Origin: Candidatus Poribacteria bacterium
GTDB lineage: Bacteria; Poribacteria; WGA-4E; WGA-3G
Reading direction: 5' to 3'
DNA: 64,000 bases
Assembly (NCBI GenBank): GCA_965205015.1
Contig: OZ242029.1
Coordinates: forward strand, 3,904,001 to 3,968,000
Shown here: positions 1 to 9,407 of the stretch, one piece after another
Numbering within the stretch: the first letter of the stretch is position 1
Layout: every line of letters begins with the position of its first letter
Translations under genes and position numbers: made by a program
The notes under the pieces: generated by a model
The model's input: the letters and a program-made list of their open reading frames with translations, nothing else
Databases searched by the model: none
Told to the model about the DNA's origin: nothing

Positions 1-1016
1 TAGTAGGTTTCGATGCCTTTTGCTTTAGCGTTTTCACTGGCGTTCGCATGAATGCTCAGAAAGAGATCCGCTTTGTGTTGTGTTGCGAAGGCAGTGCGTT
101 GCTTGAGCGGAATATAACGATTGGTATCACGTGTCATCAGGACAGTATAGCCTTTTCGCGTGAGCACCTCACGAAGTTTTTCAGAGATACTCAGAACAAT
201 GGCTTTCTCCTGTAAGCTCCCCGTGCCCAATGCGCCTGGGTCTTTGCCGCCATGACCAGGGTCAATGACAATCGTTTTCGCTGTTAATCCAAATTCACGT
301 GTCAGTGATTCGGGAACTAAAGGCTTTTTCGTTTCGGGAATAAGGGTTGGAGGATCCGATTGTGTTTTTTTCGATTGTGTTTGTGCTTGAACGACCCTTT
401 CAGACGGTGATGCTATCGATTTTCGTTGTATTTTGAGGGTGCTTAGTTCCGCGGTGGCAGCAACAGTAATTTCCTGATCTCTTGAGGATTCAATAAGATT
501 CGCATAGAGCGTCTTGGCGCGTGTGATGTAACCTTGTCTCACATATACGCGTGCCAATTCTAATTGGGAAGTGTCAGCGATTTTGGAACCCGCATAGCGA
601 CTCTCCACAATCTGGTATTGTGTGATGGCTTGGTAATCGTTTCCGACATAAGCATAACAACGCCCCAACCAGTAGTGCGCTTGTGGAACATACCCTGAGT
701 TCGGATAGGTGCGAATCAGTTTTTGAAAAGCCTTAATTGCCTGCTGTGGTGCTTCAGAGGCACCGACTTTGATACTCCAGACCCAACTGGAAGCGATGGC
801 GTATTGTGCATCATCTGCCGTGGGGCCTGCCGGATCTGCCTCAATAATTTCCTGAAACTCTGAAATAAGCCTACGCCACTCTGCGGCAGTCGCGTCTTTT
901 TTGCCGCTCACGTACGCACGATGGCGCTGTGAAGCCGCTCTATAACCGGACATGCTTACACATCCAGATGATACCGCTAAAGAAAGAATTAGCAGGCAAG
1001 ACCACCATATTTTCAC
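1..1016 (-). CDS. Lipoprotein with TPR repeats fused to N-acetylmuramoyl-L-alanine amidase (Amidase_3); runs off window start
   Basis: Hand translation from GTG 1016 (GAGGAG upstream): MKIWWSCLLILSLAVSSGC lipobox-like; TPR-like ...ADDAQYAIA...AHYWLGRCY...; amidase motifs IVIDPGHGGKDPGA, EK, LMTRD, DLFLSIHANAS, GIETY. Confidence 0.9.
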   Translation of the reverse strand, partial: MKIWWSCLLILSLAVSSGCVSMSGYRAASQRHRAYVSGKKDATAAEWRRLISEFQEIIEADPAGPTADDAQYAIASSWVWSIKVGASEAPQQAIKAFQKLIRTYPNSGYVPQAHYWLGRCYAYVGNDYQAITQYQIVESRYAGSKIADTSQLELARVYVRQGYITRAKTLYANLIESSRDQEITVAATAELSTLKIQRKSIASPSERVVQAQTQSKKTQSDPPTLIPETKKPLVPESLTREFGLTAKTIVIDPGHGGKDPGALGTGSLQEKAIVLSISEKLREVLTRKGYTVLMTRDTNRYIPLKQRTAFATQHKADLFLSIHANASENAKAKGIETY

Positions 1017-1172
1017 TATTCGACTCCTCTGGCACGATGTTGTGTTTTTCCGATTGTTTATCTCATATTCTATAAAACAAAACGAAATATTCTTACCTTT
1101 CGTTACCAAATTGCGCTATCCAGGTGTAATTGTCTCCGCTTTTTAAGAAAATTCTGCGAACACATTTCTTTG

Positions 1173-1201
1173 TTGACGCTTCTCTTAATCTACGTTAGAC
1201 T
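1173..1201 (+). promoter_or_regulatory. Putative sigma70 promoter for PhyH gene
   Basis: TTGACG-17bp-TAGACT. Confidence 0.5.
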
Positions 1202-1245
1202 GACATCTTATAATTGACTTTAAAAAAGCGAGGTAAGGAGAACCG

Positions 1246-1950
1246 ATGGAACTGAGTCCCCAAGAAATCCAGTTGTTTCGCCACAACGGCTTTATCAGAT
1301 TTCCGACGCAACTCTCTAAAGACCATGTAGAGGCACTGAAAGCAGCGGCACTGAAAGACATGGAAGAAGGCGTGGAGCCTGTTGCCCGACAAGACGGTAG
1401 AATTATCCGAATCTCTGCTGTTTGGCAGCGGGGTGGCATCTTCCAAGAGACGATTACTTGCGACGAAATCCTCAATCCGTTGGAATCATTATTGGGTCCG
1501 AATATAGAATTTGTGCTGAATCGTCACAATCACGTCTATCTTCGAGACGCAGGTTCAACGCATTCGCTTGAGTTGCATCGCGATGTACGCCACTGGTCTC
1601 GGACAATTGCAACTGTTCTGATCTATCTCGAGGACACGAACTTAGAGAACGGCTGCACACGGGTTGTCCCTGGCTCACATCATCTGCCTGCGTTTGCGAG
1701 TCTTAACGACGATACACTCCAGCATATCGCGGCGAGTCAAGCGATCCCGTTACCGATGCCAGCCGGGGGATTGCTCGCTATTGATAGCATGATAATTCAC
1801 TCGGCGGGGGTTAATCGCACAGATAGGACGCGGATGAGTATGACCCTCGGTTACCATAGCACAGATGAACTCGCATCGGGAGATAATCCAAGGAAAGTGC
1901 TTGTGCGTGGCGAGCGACCGTATCGCGGAAACGACAAGCCCCGTGAATAA
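1246..1950 (+). CDS. Phytanoyl-CoA dioxygenase (PhyH) family Fe(II)/2OG oxygenase
   Basis: F..NGF start, HRD motif, ENGCTRVVPGSH, H..G.N.T...R; AAGGAG RBS. Confidence 0.9.
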   Translation: MELSPQEIQLFRHNGFIRFPTQLSKDHVEALKAAALKDMEEGVEPVARQDGRIIRISAVWQRGGIFQETITCDEILNPLESLLGPNIEFVLNRHNHVYLRDAGSTHSLELHRDVRHWSRTIATVLIYLEDTNLENGCTRVVPGSHHLPAFASLNDDTLQHIAASQAIPLPMPAGGLLAIDSMIIHSAGVNRTDRTRMSMTLGYHSTDELASGDNPRKVLVRGERPYRGNDKPRE

Positions 1951-2048
1951 TTCTGCCGGAATTGGGTTTATAGTGAATGAGGACGCATTCGCAAAGATCC
2001 TCTGAAAATCTGATTTTTTGAAAAAAGTGATACTTTTTCATTTTTTTC

Positions 2049-2077
2049 TTGACAAACAGCGAACTCTGTGGTATACT
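2049..2077 (+). promoter_or_regulatory. Strong sigma70 promoter of tRNA operon
   Basis: TTGACA-17bp-TATACT with extended -10 TG; T-rich UP-like tract upstream. Confidence 0.8.
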
Positions 2078-2121
2078 TAATAATGCTATTGGGAGTCTTG
2101 ATTTTAAGATTGAAAAATTCT

Positions 2122-2195
2122 GGGCGGGTAGCTCAGGTGGCTAGAGCGACAGCCTTACAAGCTGTAGGTCACAGGTTCAAGTCCTGTCCCGCCTA
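2122..2195 (+). tRNA. tRNA-Val(TAC), CCA not encoded
   Basis: Acceptor GGGCGGG/CCCGCCT, anticodon arm ACAGC-CTTACAA-GCTGT, GGTTCAAGTCC T-arm. Confidence 0.95.
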
Positions 2196-2250
2196 CCTAC
2201 CGTAACCGCCTAAAAATCGAAAGTCTCTCGATTGCAAGATTGAAAATTAT

Positions 2251-2326
2251 GGGCTCGTGGCGCAGTTTGGTTTAGCGCGCCTGCCTGTCACGCAGGAGGT
2301 CGCGGGTTCAAGTCCCGTCGGGCCCG
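2251..2326 (+). tRNA. tRNA-Asp(GTC), CCA not encoded
   Basis: Acceptor GGGCTCG/CGGGCCC, anticodon arm CCTGC-CTGTCAC-GCAGG, GGTTCAAGTCC T-arm. Confidence 0.95.
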
Positions 2327-2450
2327 TTTCTATTATGCTATGCCGAATTAGCCACAGGTTGTATTTTACAATGCTGTGGTTTTTTCGTTACTGGACAGTT
2401 GCAGATTCGACAGCACAGTACAAATCCAAATACAGAGGAGCGGTACCGCC

Positions 2451-3740
2451 GTGATTGATCTTAAGTTTATTCGCGAAAATACCGAAGATGTCCGCCAGAT
2501 GTTAGCAAATCGCCAGACGGAAGCAGACTTGGACCGGTTGGTAGAATTGGATACACGCTGGCGCGAGAGCTTGACGCATACACAATCCCTCAAAGCACAC
2601 CAGAATCAGGTTTCACAACAAATTGCGGCGCGTAAAAAGGCGAAACAGGACGCCGCAGAAACTATCGCGGAGATGCGGAAACTCTCCCAAGAAATCAAGG
2701 AACTCACCGCCGAAGCCAACGCTACGAAAGCCGAGATAGATGCCATTCTGTTGACAATCCCGAATATGCCGGAGGCAAGCACACCCGTTGGCACGAGTGA
2801 AGATGACAACATCGAAATTAAAACGTGGGGTGAATTGCCCAGTTTCGATTTTGCGTTGAAACCGCACTGGGAAATCGCTGAACAGTTGGATATTGTCGAT
2901 TTTCAACGCGGTGCGAAGGTCGCAGGGAGCAACTTCGTGCTTTTCAAAGGTTTAGGGGCGCGATTGGAGCGTGCGTTAATCCAGTTCATGCTCGATTTGC
3001 ACACAACCCAACACGGCTACACCGAAATCTCACCGCCATTCCTCGCCAACCGACCGACCATGACAGGAACGGGGCAACTCCCTAAATTTGAGTCAGATAT
3101 GTACCGATGCGATAGGGATGAAGAAAATCCCGACAGCGATCTGTTTCTCATTCCAACTGCTGAGGTTCCTGTAACGAATCTTTTCGCAGGTGAGATACTC
3201 TCCGGTGAGGAGTTACCGATCTATTACACCGCCTATACACCGTGTTTCCGGCGTGAAGCAGGGACTTATGGTAAAGACACACGCGGTTTACAACGTATCC
3301 ATCAATTTGACAAGGTGGAGATGGTGAAGTTCACTACACCCGAAACCTCTTATGCCGAACATGAATCACTATTGACAAACGCCGAGAGCGTTCTACAGGC
3401 ACTCGGTTTGTCTTACCGCGTCGTGCAACATTGCACGGTGGAACTCGGTTTCGCCGCAGCGAAATGCTATGATATTGAGGTTTGGGCACCCGCACGGCAA
3501 CGGTTTTTAGAGGTTTCCTCGTGTAGCAACTTCGAGGCGTTTCAAGCACGTCGTGCAAATATCCGCTTCCGCCGTGAAGCGGGGTCGAGACCGGAGTTCG
3601 TTCACACACTGAACGCATCTGGCACCGCACTGCCACGCGTTGTTATCGCACTTCTGGAGACGTATCAGAATCCTGACGGAACGGTGCGCGTACCGGCAGT
3701 CTTACAACCGTATATGGGTGGAATAAAGCAGATTGGTTAG
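2451..3740 (+). CDS. serS: Serine--tRNA ligase
   Basis: GTG start after GAGGAG (MIDLKFIREN); LIPTAEVP, CFRREAG, HQFDKVE, EVSSCSN, HTLNASG. Confidence 0.97.
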   Translation: MIDLKFIRENTEDVRQMLANRQTEADLDRLVELDTRWRESLTHTQSLKAHQNQVSQQIAARKKAKQDAAETIAEMRKLSQEIKELTAEANATKAEIDAILLTIPNMPEASTPVGTSEDDNIEIKTWGELPSFDFALKPHWEIAEQLDIVDFQRGAKVAGSNFVLFKGLGARLERALIQFMLDLHTTQHGYTEISPPFLANRPTMTGTGQLPKFESDMYRCDRDEENPDSDLFLIPTAEVPVTNLFAGEILSGEELPIYYTAYTPCFRREAGTYGKDTRGLQRIHQFDKVEMVKFTTPETSYAEHESLLTNAESVLQALGLSYRVVQHCTVELGFAAAKCYDIEVWAPARQRFLEVSSCSNFEAFQARRANIRFRREAGSRPEFVHTLNASGTALPRVVIALLETYQNPDGTVRVPAVLQPYMGGIKQIG

Positions 3741-3742
3741 GG

Positions 3743-3785
3743 TAGGAGAATTTTCATCTGACTGTGAGATGGGTGGCTTTTCCTA
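3743..3785. terminator. Imperfect hairpin between convergent serS and bioB
   Basis: TAGGAGAA..TTCATCT-loop-AGATGGG..TTTTCCTA. Confidence 0.4.
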
Positions 3786-3805
3786 TTCTACGTGTGCCTG
3801 CGCGA

Positions 3806-4909
3806 CTAAGCATCGGATTCCATGCGCGGGCGAAGCACTTTTAACTCCTTAAGAAGGACATCTCTGTTTTCTGTTTCTCTCTGTTTGAGTTGTTCCAGAT
3901 CATCAGCGTTTGTTTTCACGGTGAATCCGGCATCTCTAATCATCTGGAGTGTGCGTGATGCCGTTGAGCCTTCCGCATTCAGGTAGCCGTCTATAAACAT
4001 CGAATTTGCTGGATAGAGTGCCATCACTTCCATACTCCGAAAATGGTGTTCCCTGCCGGCAGCGACCCGTATCTCAGCCTGCGGGTTCAAGAATCGATAA
4101 AGACATAACACGCGTAAACAATAATCTGGGGTTAAGGTGGTAGGCACACTCCGCTGTGCCGTAACGGATTCTGACAACTGCGTACCAGATATCGGTAGGA
4201 AAAAGTTTACTGGGAGTGAGGCGACCTCAAGTTGCCGAAGTGCTTTCGCTACTTTAATTAAGTCATTCGTTTTTTCTCCCATCCCAACGATCACCCCTGA
4301 ACAGCAGGCGAGTCCGGCCGTCTGTGCGGCTTGCAACGTATCCATTCTATCCTGATAACTATGTGTGCTACATATCTTTGGGTAATGGGATTCGGAAGTA
4401 TTCAGATTGTGGTTCAATCTGTCCAATCCAGCTTCTTTCAAGATACCCGCAGATTCTACATCGATCAATCCGGCGGAGAGACATACTTCGATCGGATAGT
4501 GTGCTTTTACGGTGCGGATGAGTTTCGCAAGGTGCGCGACGCGTTTTGGTGAGGGACCGCGTCCACTCATGACGATACAGTAGCGATACGCGCCGGATTC
4601 ATAAGCGCGTTCCGCTTCTGCGAGAATCTCGGTGTCAGGTTTTAGGGGGTAAGTTTCGATGTCTGTGGTTGCGGAACTTGCCTGCGCGCAATAGTGGCAA
4701 TCCTCTGGACAGTAGCCGTTCTGGGCGTTGTTGAGGATGTGCAGTTGGACCTCATTTTGGAAGTAGGTTTTGCGAACCTGATACGCTGCGTCCAGAAGTG
4801 AGAGTAGTTCTATTTCTGATGCGGTTAGAAGTTTCTCACAAGTCGCATCGGAAAGGAGTTCGCCACTGAGGCTGAGGGTTGTTAATTCTTGATAAAATGT
4901 TGTTTCCAT
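3806..4909 (-). CDS. bioB: Biotin synthase
   Basis: Radical SAM CPEDCHYCAQ, NHNLNTS, CSGVIVGMGE, EIRVAAGRE. Confidence 0.95.
   Translation of the reverse strand: METTFYQELTTLSLSGELLSDATCEKLLTASEIELLSLLDAAYQVRKTYFQNEVQLHILNNAQNGYCPEDCHYCAQASSATTDIETYPLKPDTEILAEAERAYESGAYRYCIVMSGRGPSPKRVAHLAKLIRTVKAHYPIEVCLSAGLIDVESAGILKEAGLDRLNHNLNTSESHYPKICSTHSYQDRMDTLQAAQTAGLACCSGVIVGMGEKTNDLIKVAKALRQLEVASLPVNFFLPISGTQLSESVTAQRSVPTTLTPDYCLRVLCLYRFLNPQAEIRVAAGREHHFRSMEVMALYPANSMFIDGYLNAEGSTASRTLQMIRDAGFTVKTNADDLEQLKQRETENRDVLLKELKVLRPRMESDA
4137..4164 (+). repeat. REP-like palindrome family B, in frame inside bioB
   Basis: GTGGTAGGCACACTCCGCTGTGCCGTAA; near-identical to 37027-37054 and reverse complement of 43835-43862. 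Confidence 0.85.
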
Positions 4910-4955
4910 TTTTTTCCAATTGGGTTTTCGCTCCGATTTTTCCGTTTGCGTCTAC

Positions 4956-5774
4956 CTAAAAAATCTCCCACGCGATGTCGGTTGCGTTAAAAACTGGACC
5001 TTCGGTACAAACACGTTGGTATTCAAAGTGATCCATGTCTATTCGGACGGGACAAACGCAACCGAGACACACCCCCATAGCACACCCCATTCGATTCTCC
5101 ATCGCAATTTGGGCAGGCACTTCAAAGTCAGTCGCAATTTTCGTGACAGCCGCGAGCATTCCATGAGGTCCACATGCATAAATCGTCGGGCGGTGCCATT
5201 TGGTTTCGCGCAGCAAGTCCGTGAGGATCTCGGTGACATACCCGTGATGTCCGATACTCCCATCGTCTGTAGCGATATGTACTCCGATGCCGATAGATTC
5301 TAAATCTGACACACTCAAGAGTCGCGCCCGATGCTGCGCACCGACTAATCCGAACGTCTGTGTATCGTTTTCGCGCAACGCAACAGCCAGTAACATGAGC
5401 GAAGCGATACCGGCACCTCCACCGACAAGGATCGCTGGCTCAGGTTTTGTGGTAAGATTAAACGTATTGCCGAGCGGTCCCAAGATTTGGAGTGGCGCGC
5501 CTTGCGGCATCTCCGACAATTGCTTTGTCCCCGCGCCGATGATCTGATAGAGCATCGTTATTTCGTGCCTTTCCACCGTATAGATGGTGAAAGGACGACG
5601 GAGTAACATGCCTGTATTGTCTGAAATCATGACGTGGACAAACTGCCCTGGGCGTGCATGCTGTGCGATTTCAGCACATTCGCAACGCAACAGGTAATGC
5701 GCTTCCGCTACCTCTTCGTTAGAGAGGATGGTCGTCCGAGTGTCATAGGTGTTCGATGAACAGTTACTTGACAT
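4956..5774 (-). CDS. pyrK: Dihydroorotate dehydrogenase electron transfer subunit
   Basis: PGQFV, LRRPFT, GPLGN, GGGAG, ACGP, MGCAMGVCLGC...RVCTEGPVF. Confidence 0.92.
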   Translation of the reverse strand: MSSNCSSNTYDTRTTILSNEEVAEAHYLLRCECAEIAQHARPGQFVHVMISDNTGMLLRRPFTIYTVERHEITMLYQIIGAGTKQLSEMPQGAPLQILGPLGNTFNLTTKPEPAILVGGGAGIASLMLLAVALRENDTQTFGLVGAQHRARLLSVSDLESIGIGVHIATDDGSIGHHGYVTEILTDLLRETKWHRPTIYACGPHGMLAAVTKIATDFEVPAQIAMENRMGCAMGVCLGCVCPVRIDMDHFEYQRVCTEGPVFNATDIAWEIF

Positions 5775-5909
5775 AGCATATATATGTTACCACGTAGAGA
5801 TGGATATAGCAAGGGTATTATAGTAGGAGCGTTCAGTTTGCTCAATGAATAAAAGAAAGGATAGGCAATTTTCTCGCTAAATGAAATAATTCTTGCATAA
5901 AGAATTCAC

Positions 5910-5937
5910 TTGCAATTTTTGGGAATTATGTTATGAT
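5910..5937 (+). promoter_or_regulatory. Putative sigma70 promoter
   Basis: TTGCAA-16bp-TATGAT with extended -10 TG. Confidence 0.45.
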
Positions 5938-5962
5938 TAAGCGCGAAGGAGAGTAACAGATA

Positions 5963-6907
5963 ATGGAAAATACATTGAAGTTCCGCAGCGATCGACGTTT
6001 CAAAATCGTGCAATTTACGGATATTCATTGGCAGAACGGTGAAGCACCTGATCAGCGATCGGCGGACCTGATGGTACGAATTGCAAAGGCTGAGGTCCCG
6101 GATTTAATTGTACTGACAGGTGATATTTTATCGGGGGGCGGGTGCGACAACGCCGCTGATTCTCTTCGAGAAGTTGTTAAAATCGTAGAAGGATGCGGCG
6201 TCCCATGGACAGCGGTTTTCGGGAATCACGATGATGAAGGAAGTGCTGATCGCAACGAATTGATGGCAGTCATGCAAGAAGGCACCTTCTCTCTCGCGGA
6301 ACCGGGACCCACAGAGATACCCGGTGTCGGAAATTACGTTTTACCCATCCAAAACGCTGAGGCGAACGCATCCGCAGCACTCCTCTATTTTATTGATTCC
6401 GGCAGCTACTCACAAACACATATTGATGGCTATGATTGGATTAAACGGGAACAAATTGCGTGGTACTTACAGGAATCTGCAAAATTCACTGCTGAAGCGG
6501 GATATCCACTTCCGGCACTCGCCTTTTTTCACATCCCAATCCCTGAATATGATGAGGTATGGGACTTTCACACCTGCTATGGCGTGAAGTACGAGAACGT
6601 GTGTGCGCCTCGGCTCAATACAGGTTTCTTCGCTGCGATGCACGAAGCAGGCGATGTCATGGGAACGTTTGTCGGACATGAACATATTAACGATTTCTGG
6701 GGAGAGTTGCACGGAATTCGCTTGTGTTATGGGCGCGCTTCCGGCTACAATACTTACGGTAAAGACGGATTTCCCCGCGGCGCCCGCGTCATCATGTTAC
6801 AGGAAGGCGAGCGTCAATTTGAGACGTGGCTTCATCTGGATGATGGGACGATCGTCCGGAAGCAACCAGAACATACACCACTTCAGCGAACTTTTACCGA
6901 AGATTAA
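5963..6907 (+). CDS. Calcineurin-like metallophosphoesterase (Dcr2/PAP-like)
   Basis: QFTDIH, LTGD, FGNHD, FFHIP, GHEH.ND motifs. Confidence 0.9.
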   Translation: MENTLKFRSDRRFKIVQFTDIHWQNGEAPDQRSADLMVRIAKAEVPDLIVLTGDILSGGGCDNAADSLREVVKIVEGCGVPWTAVFGNHDDEGSADRNELMAVMQEGTFSLAEPGPTEIPGVGNYVLPIQNAEANASAALLYFIDSGSYSQTHIDGYDWIKREQIAWYLQESAKFTAEAGYPLPALAFFHIPIPEYDEVWDFHTCYGVKYENVCAPRLNTGFFAAMHEAGDVMGTFVGHEHINDFWGELHGIRLCYGRASGYNTYGKDGFPRGARVIMLQEGERQFETWLHLDDGTIVRKQPEHTPLQRTFTED

Positions 6908-6971
6908 CGGACTGCACTGCAACCAATAATCAGATTTAACGAATTCAGGATTGATCTTACAGGAGGAAATT

Positions 6972-7316
6972 GTGAGGGCAAATTCTCAAATCTCTATTCG
7001 ACACGAAGGGAAGATTGCAATATTTGACATTACAGGCTATCTCACCGATGCTTCCGAACCTATATTGAGTGAGGCGTACGCCGACGCTGAAGTTCAGGAC
7101 GCAGAAAAGGTTTTACTCAATTTTGAACGGCGCAGTTTCATCACAAGTAGTGGGTTCGGTGAGATCATCAGACTCCTTTGGAAGATGCGGGAGAAAGGGC
7201 AAGCGCTACGGGTTGCACATCCGTCTACACAGGTCCGAAATATCTTCAATACCATTGGACTGACACAGAGCATAGGTGTCTTTGAATCCGAAGCAGCCGC
7301 ATTAGAGGACTTCTGA
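6972..7316 (+). CDS. STAS-domain anti-sigma factor antagonist
   Basis: GTG after AGGAGG; FITSSGFG phosphoserine motif, IF..IGL. Confidence 0.85.
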   Translation: MRANSQISIRHEGKIAIFDITGYLTDASEPILSEAYADAEVQDAEKVLLNFERRSFITSSGFGEIIRLLWKMREKGQALRVAHPSTQVRNIFNTIGLTQSIGVFESEAAALEDF

Positions 7317-7378
7317 TATGTTCCTTGTGGTTTGAGAACATTGGATTAAATACACAAATTAGGTCCTAATCGCACGCC

Positions 7379-9271
7379 TCATGGGAAAAGCGTGTACATG
7401 TTCATATTTAACACCACACCTATCAAGCTCCAGAGGCTCCCCGCGAGGAACTGACCGAATACGAAACCCAAAAATAGCGGCAATGCGCTGCGATAGGCGC
7501 GTACCCCACCCCCTGTAAAAAGTAACTGCTTGAAGAGCCACCCCAAAAATATTGAGAACCACATCCAACCGATAGCCCAACCGTTCCCGACAGCATAGCC
7601 GACAGGATAAAGGGGCCACCACAAAAATTGACGTTTCAGAAATGTGAGCACACCGGTGAACAGAAAACCAGATACTATATGTTGGATAGCCGGTAGATTC
7701 GGTGCCCGCGGCGCGATAATCCAGCTTTGCAAGCGGTTAAACTCACCGACCCCCCAGTGTGCGAATCGGTATTCATAATAGAGTGCCACATGTCCAACAA
7801 TCGAAATGATCGTCCCCACAATTGATGCCACAATCAGAGCCACAACCAACCGATTCTCGCGCAAACGGAAGTGCCTACCGATTTTGAATGCCTCTAACTG
7901 ATGTGGCATCGGATGGCAGCGATACCCATACGCAAGCCATGAGAGGAGAGTCGTATTGGTTAAGTTTTGCGCGCCCAAGGGACGACTTCCTGCGAACAGC
8001 AACATAATTCTGTCCGGATGCACATTGTGGAGTTCATGTGTCGGAGGACCGAGTTCAGCGCGCATACGTGTCATCCCCAGACATAACACCAAATAGATAC
8101 TGAAATAACCGAGTACAACCCACGGCGACAATCCGGCGAAATACCAGAATACCAACACAAGTGCCATACCAATTATCAATCCGAAGACAGCGAGCCGATA
8201 TAAGCCGTCCTTGGATCTAAAGGAAAATACACCCCCGAGGACTTGAAGAATCTGTCGCCGACTTGTGACAAGGGCAAGTGTTCCAATGCCGAGCCATGCC
8301 CCGGCGCGTTGCTCCGTTTGTAAGCCGATGGCGGTCGTCCACCCCGTTGCGCTGAAAAAGACGCGCTGCGCACCCCAAAATAGGTAGAAAAACCAAAATG
8401 ACAACGACAACTCCAACGGCATGAGATACCCAAATCCAATCGCGAATGGATAGACGTAAACAGGCAAACGTCCGACTGCGTTCCACGGACGTTCAGAAAA
8501 GTAGAGTTGATACTTGATCTTGAGTGCAGGTATCACAGGGAAAAGGTAGTTCAACCCCGCCAGAATCTCCAGTCCAAATGCGATGCCGAAACCGAGCCAA
8601 AACAACTGATTGCGAAAAAGCGTAGACGTATTCCCGAGCAATTCGACAGGAAGTGTCGTCAAAGGATAACTCAGTTTCTCGTGGTCAATCCACTGTCTCC
8701 TGATGATAATATTGACACACAGCATCATAAACAGGATGACAATCACCAAACCACTCCACGCCACAATGGGCCACATCCATGCATTTAGGTAGTGTTCCTG
8801 CCAAAACGTATCATCCCCTTCAAAGTAGCCTTGTAGAATCCCCCGATCGGTAATCGTTAGCCACGTGGGCATGAACCGAAAAAAGAGATCTGACCATTCA
8901 TTTTCGGGTGTGGCAAACCAGCCGGCATTGGCAATCATCGGCACTAACTGTCGAACGATGTCGTGTCCCGCGAGCGCGGTTGCTACGGATACCATCGTAT
9001 ACGTCAGTGCGAGTTCACGTGCTGTCGGCGCGAAGCCTCTAAAAACTTGTTTGAGGAGCGGTGTGATGAGCGCGAGTAAAAAAAAGGTGAAGAGAACCGT
9101 CGGAAAGATAGAGAAGTCGGTCAGTTCCCATACAACCCTGTTTTCTGCGGAGATAATCCAATAACAGGTGAGGACAATAAGGATCGAACCGAAGACAAGC
9201 GTCCCGAAAAGAAAACGGAGTACTGAGGATTTCTGGTTGCTCTCATTTGTGAGTGGTGCTCTGTGCCGCAT
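7379..9271 (-). CDS. Polytopic membrane protein, DUF6785/DUF6784-like (putative transporter)
   Basis: Many TM segments; RRQWIDHEKLSYPL, R.RAELG, WWPLYPVGY, PLFLGFVFG motifs recalled from this family. Confidence 0.7.
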   Translation of the reverse strand: MRHRAPLTNESNQKSSVLRFLFGTLVFGSILIVLTCYWIISAENRVVWELTDFSIFPTVLFTFFLLALITPLLKQVFRGFAPTARELALTYTMVSVATALAGHDIVRQLVPMIANAGWFATPENEWSDLFFRFMPTWLTITDRGILQGYFEGDDTFWQEHYLNAWMWPIVAWSGLVIVILFMMLCVNIIIRRQWIDHEKLSYPLTTLPVELLGNTSTLFRNQLFWLGFGIAFGLEILAGLNYLFPVIPALKIKYQLYFSERPWNAVGRLPVYVYPFAIGFGYLMPLELSLSFWFFYLFWGAQRVFFSATGWTTAIGLQTEQRAGAWLGIGTLALVTSRRQILQVLGGVFSFRSKDGLYRLAVFGLIIGMALVLVFWYFAGLSPWVVLGYFSIYLVLCLGMTRMRAELGPPTHELHNVHPDRIMLLFAGSRPLGAQNLTNTTLLSWLAYGYRCHPMPHQLEAFKIGRHFRLRENRLVVALIVASIVGTIISIVGHVALYYEYRFAHWGVGEFNRLQSWIIAPRAPNLPAIQHIVSGFLFTGVLTFLKRQFLWWPLYPVGYAVGNGWAIGWMWFSIFLGWLFKQLLFTGGGVRAYRSALPLFLGFVFGQFLAGSLWSLIGVVLNMNMYTLFP

Positions 9272-9342
9272 AAGTATAGTATACCATATTTTCTGATGTC
9301 AATACAGAGGATATGCTCATGCGAAGTTCTATAGGCTCAGAT

Positions 9343-9371
9343 TTGCCATCTCTTTCGTTTTGTGTTAAAAT
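9343..9371 (+). promoter_or_regulatory. Putative sigma70 promoter for glycosyltransferase operon
   Basis: TTGCCA-17bp-TAAAAT, extended -10 TG. Confidence 0.6.
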
Positions 9372-9407
9372 AAAGGACACTTTAACTTCGCAGGCAAAGG
9401 AAAAACC

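Noticed and set aside
2257-2454. 65-aa ORF
   Set aside because: Overlaps tRNA-Asp; spurious.
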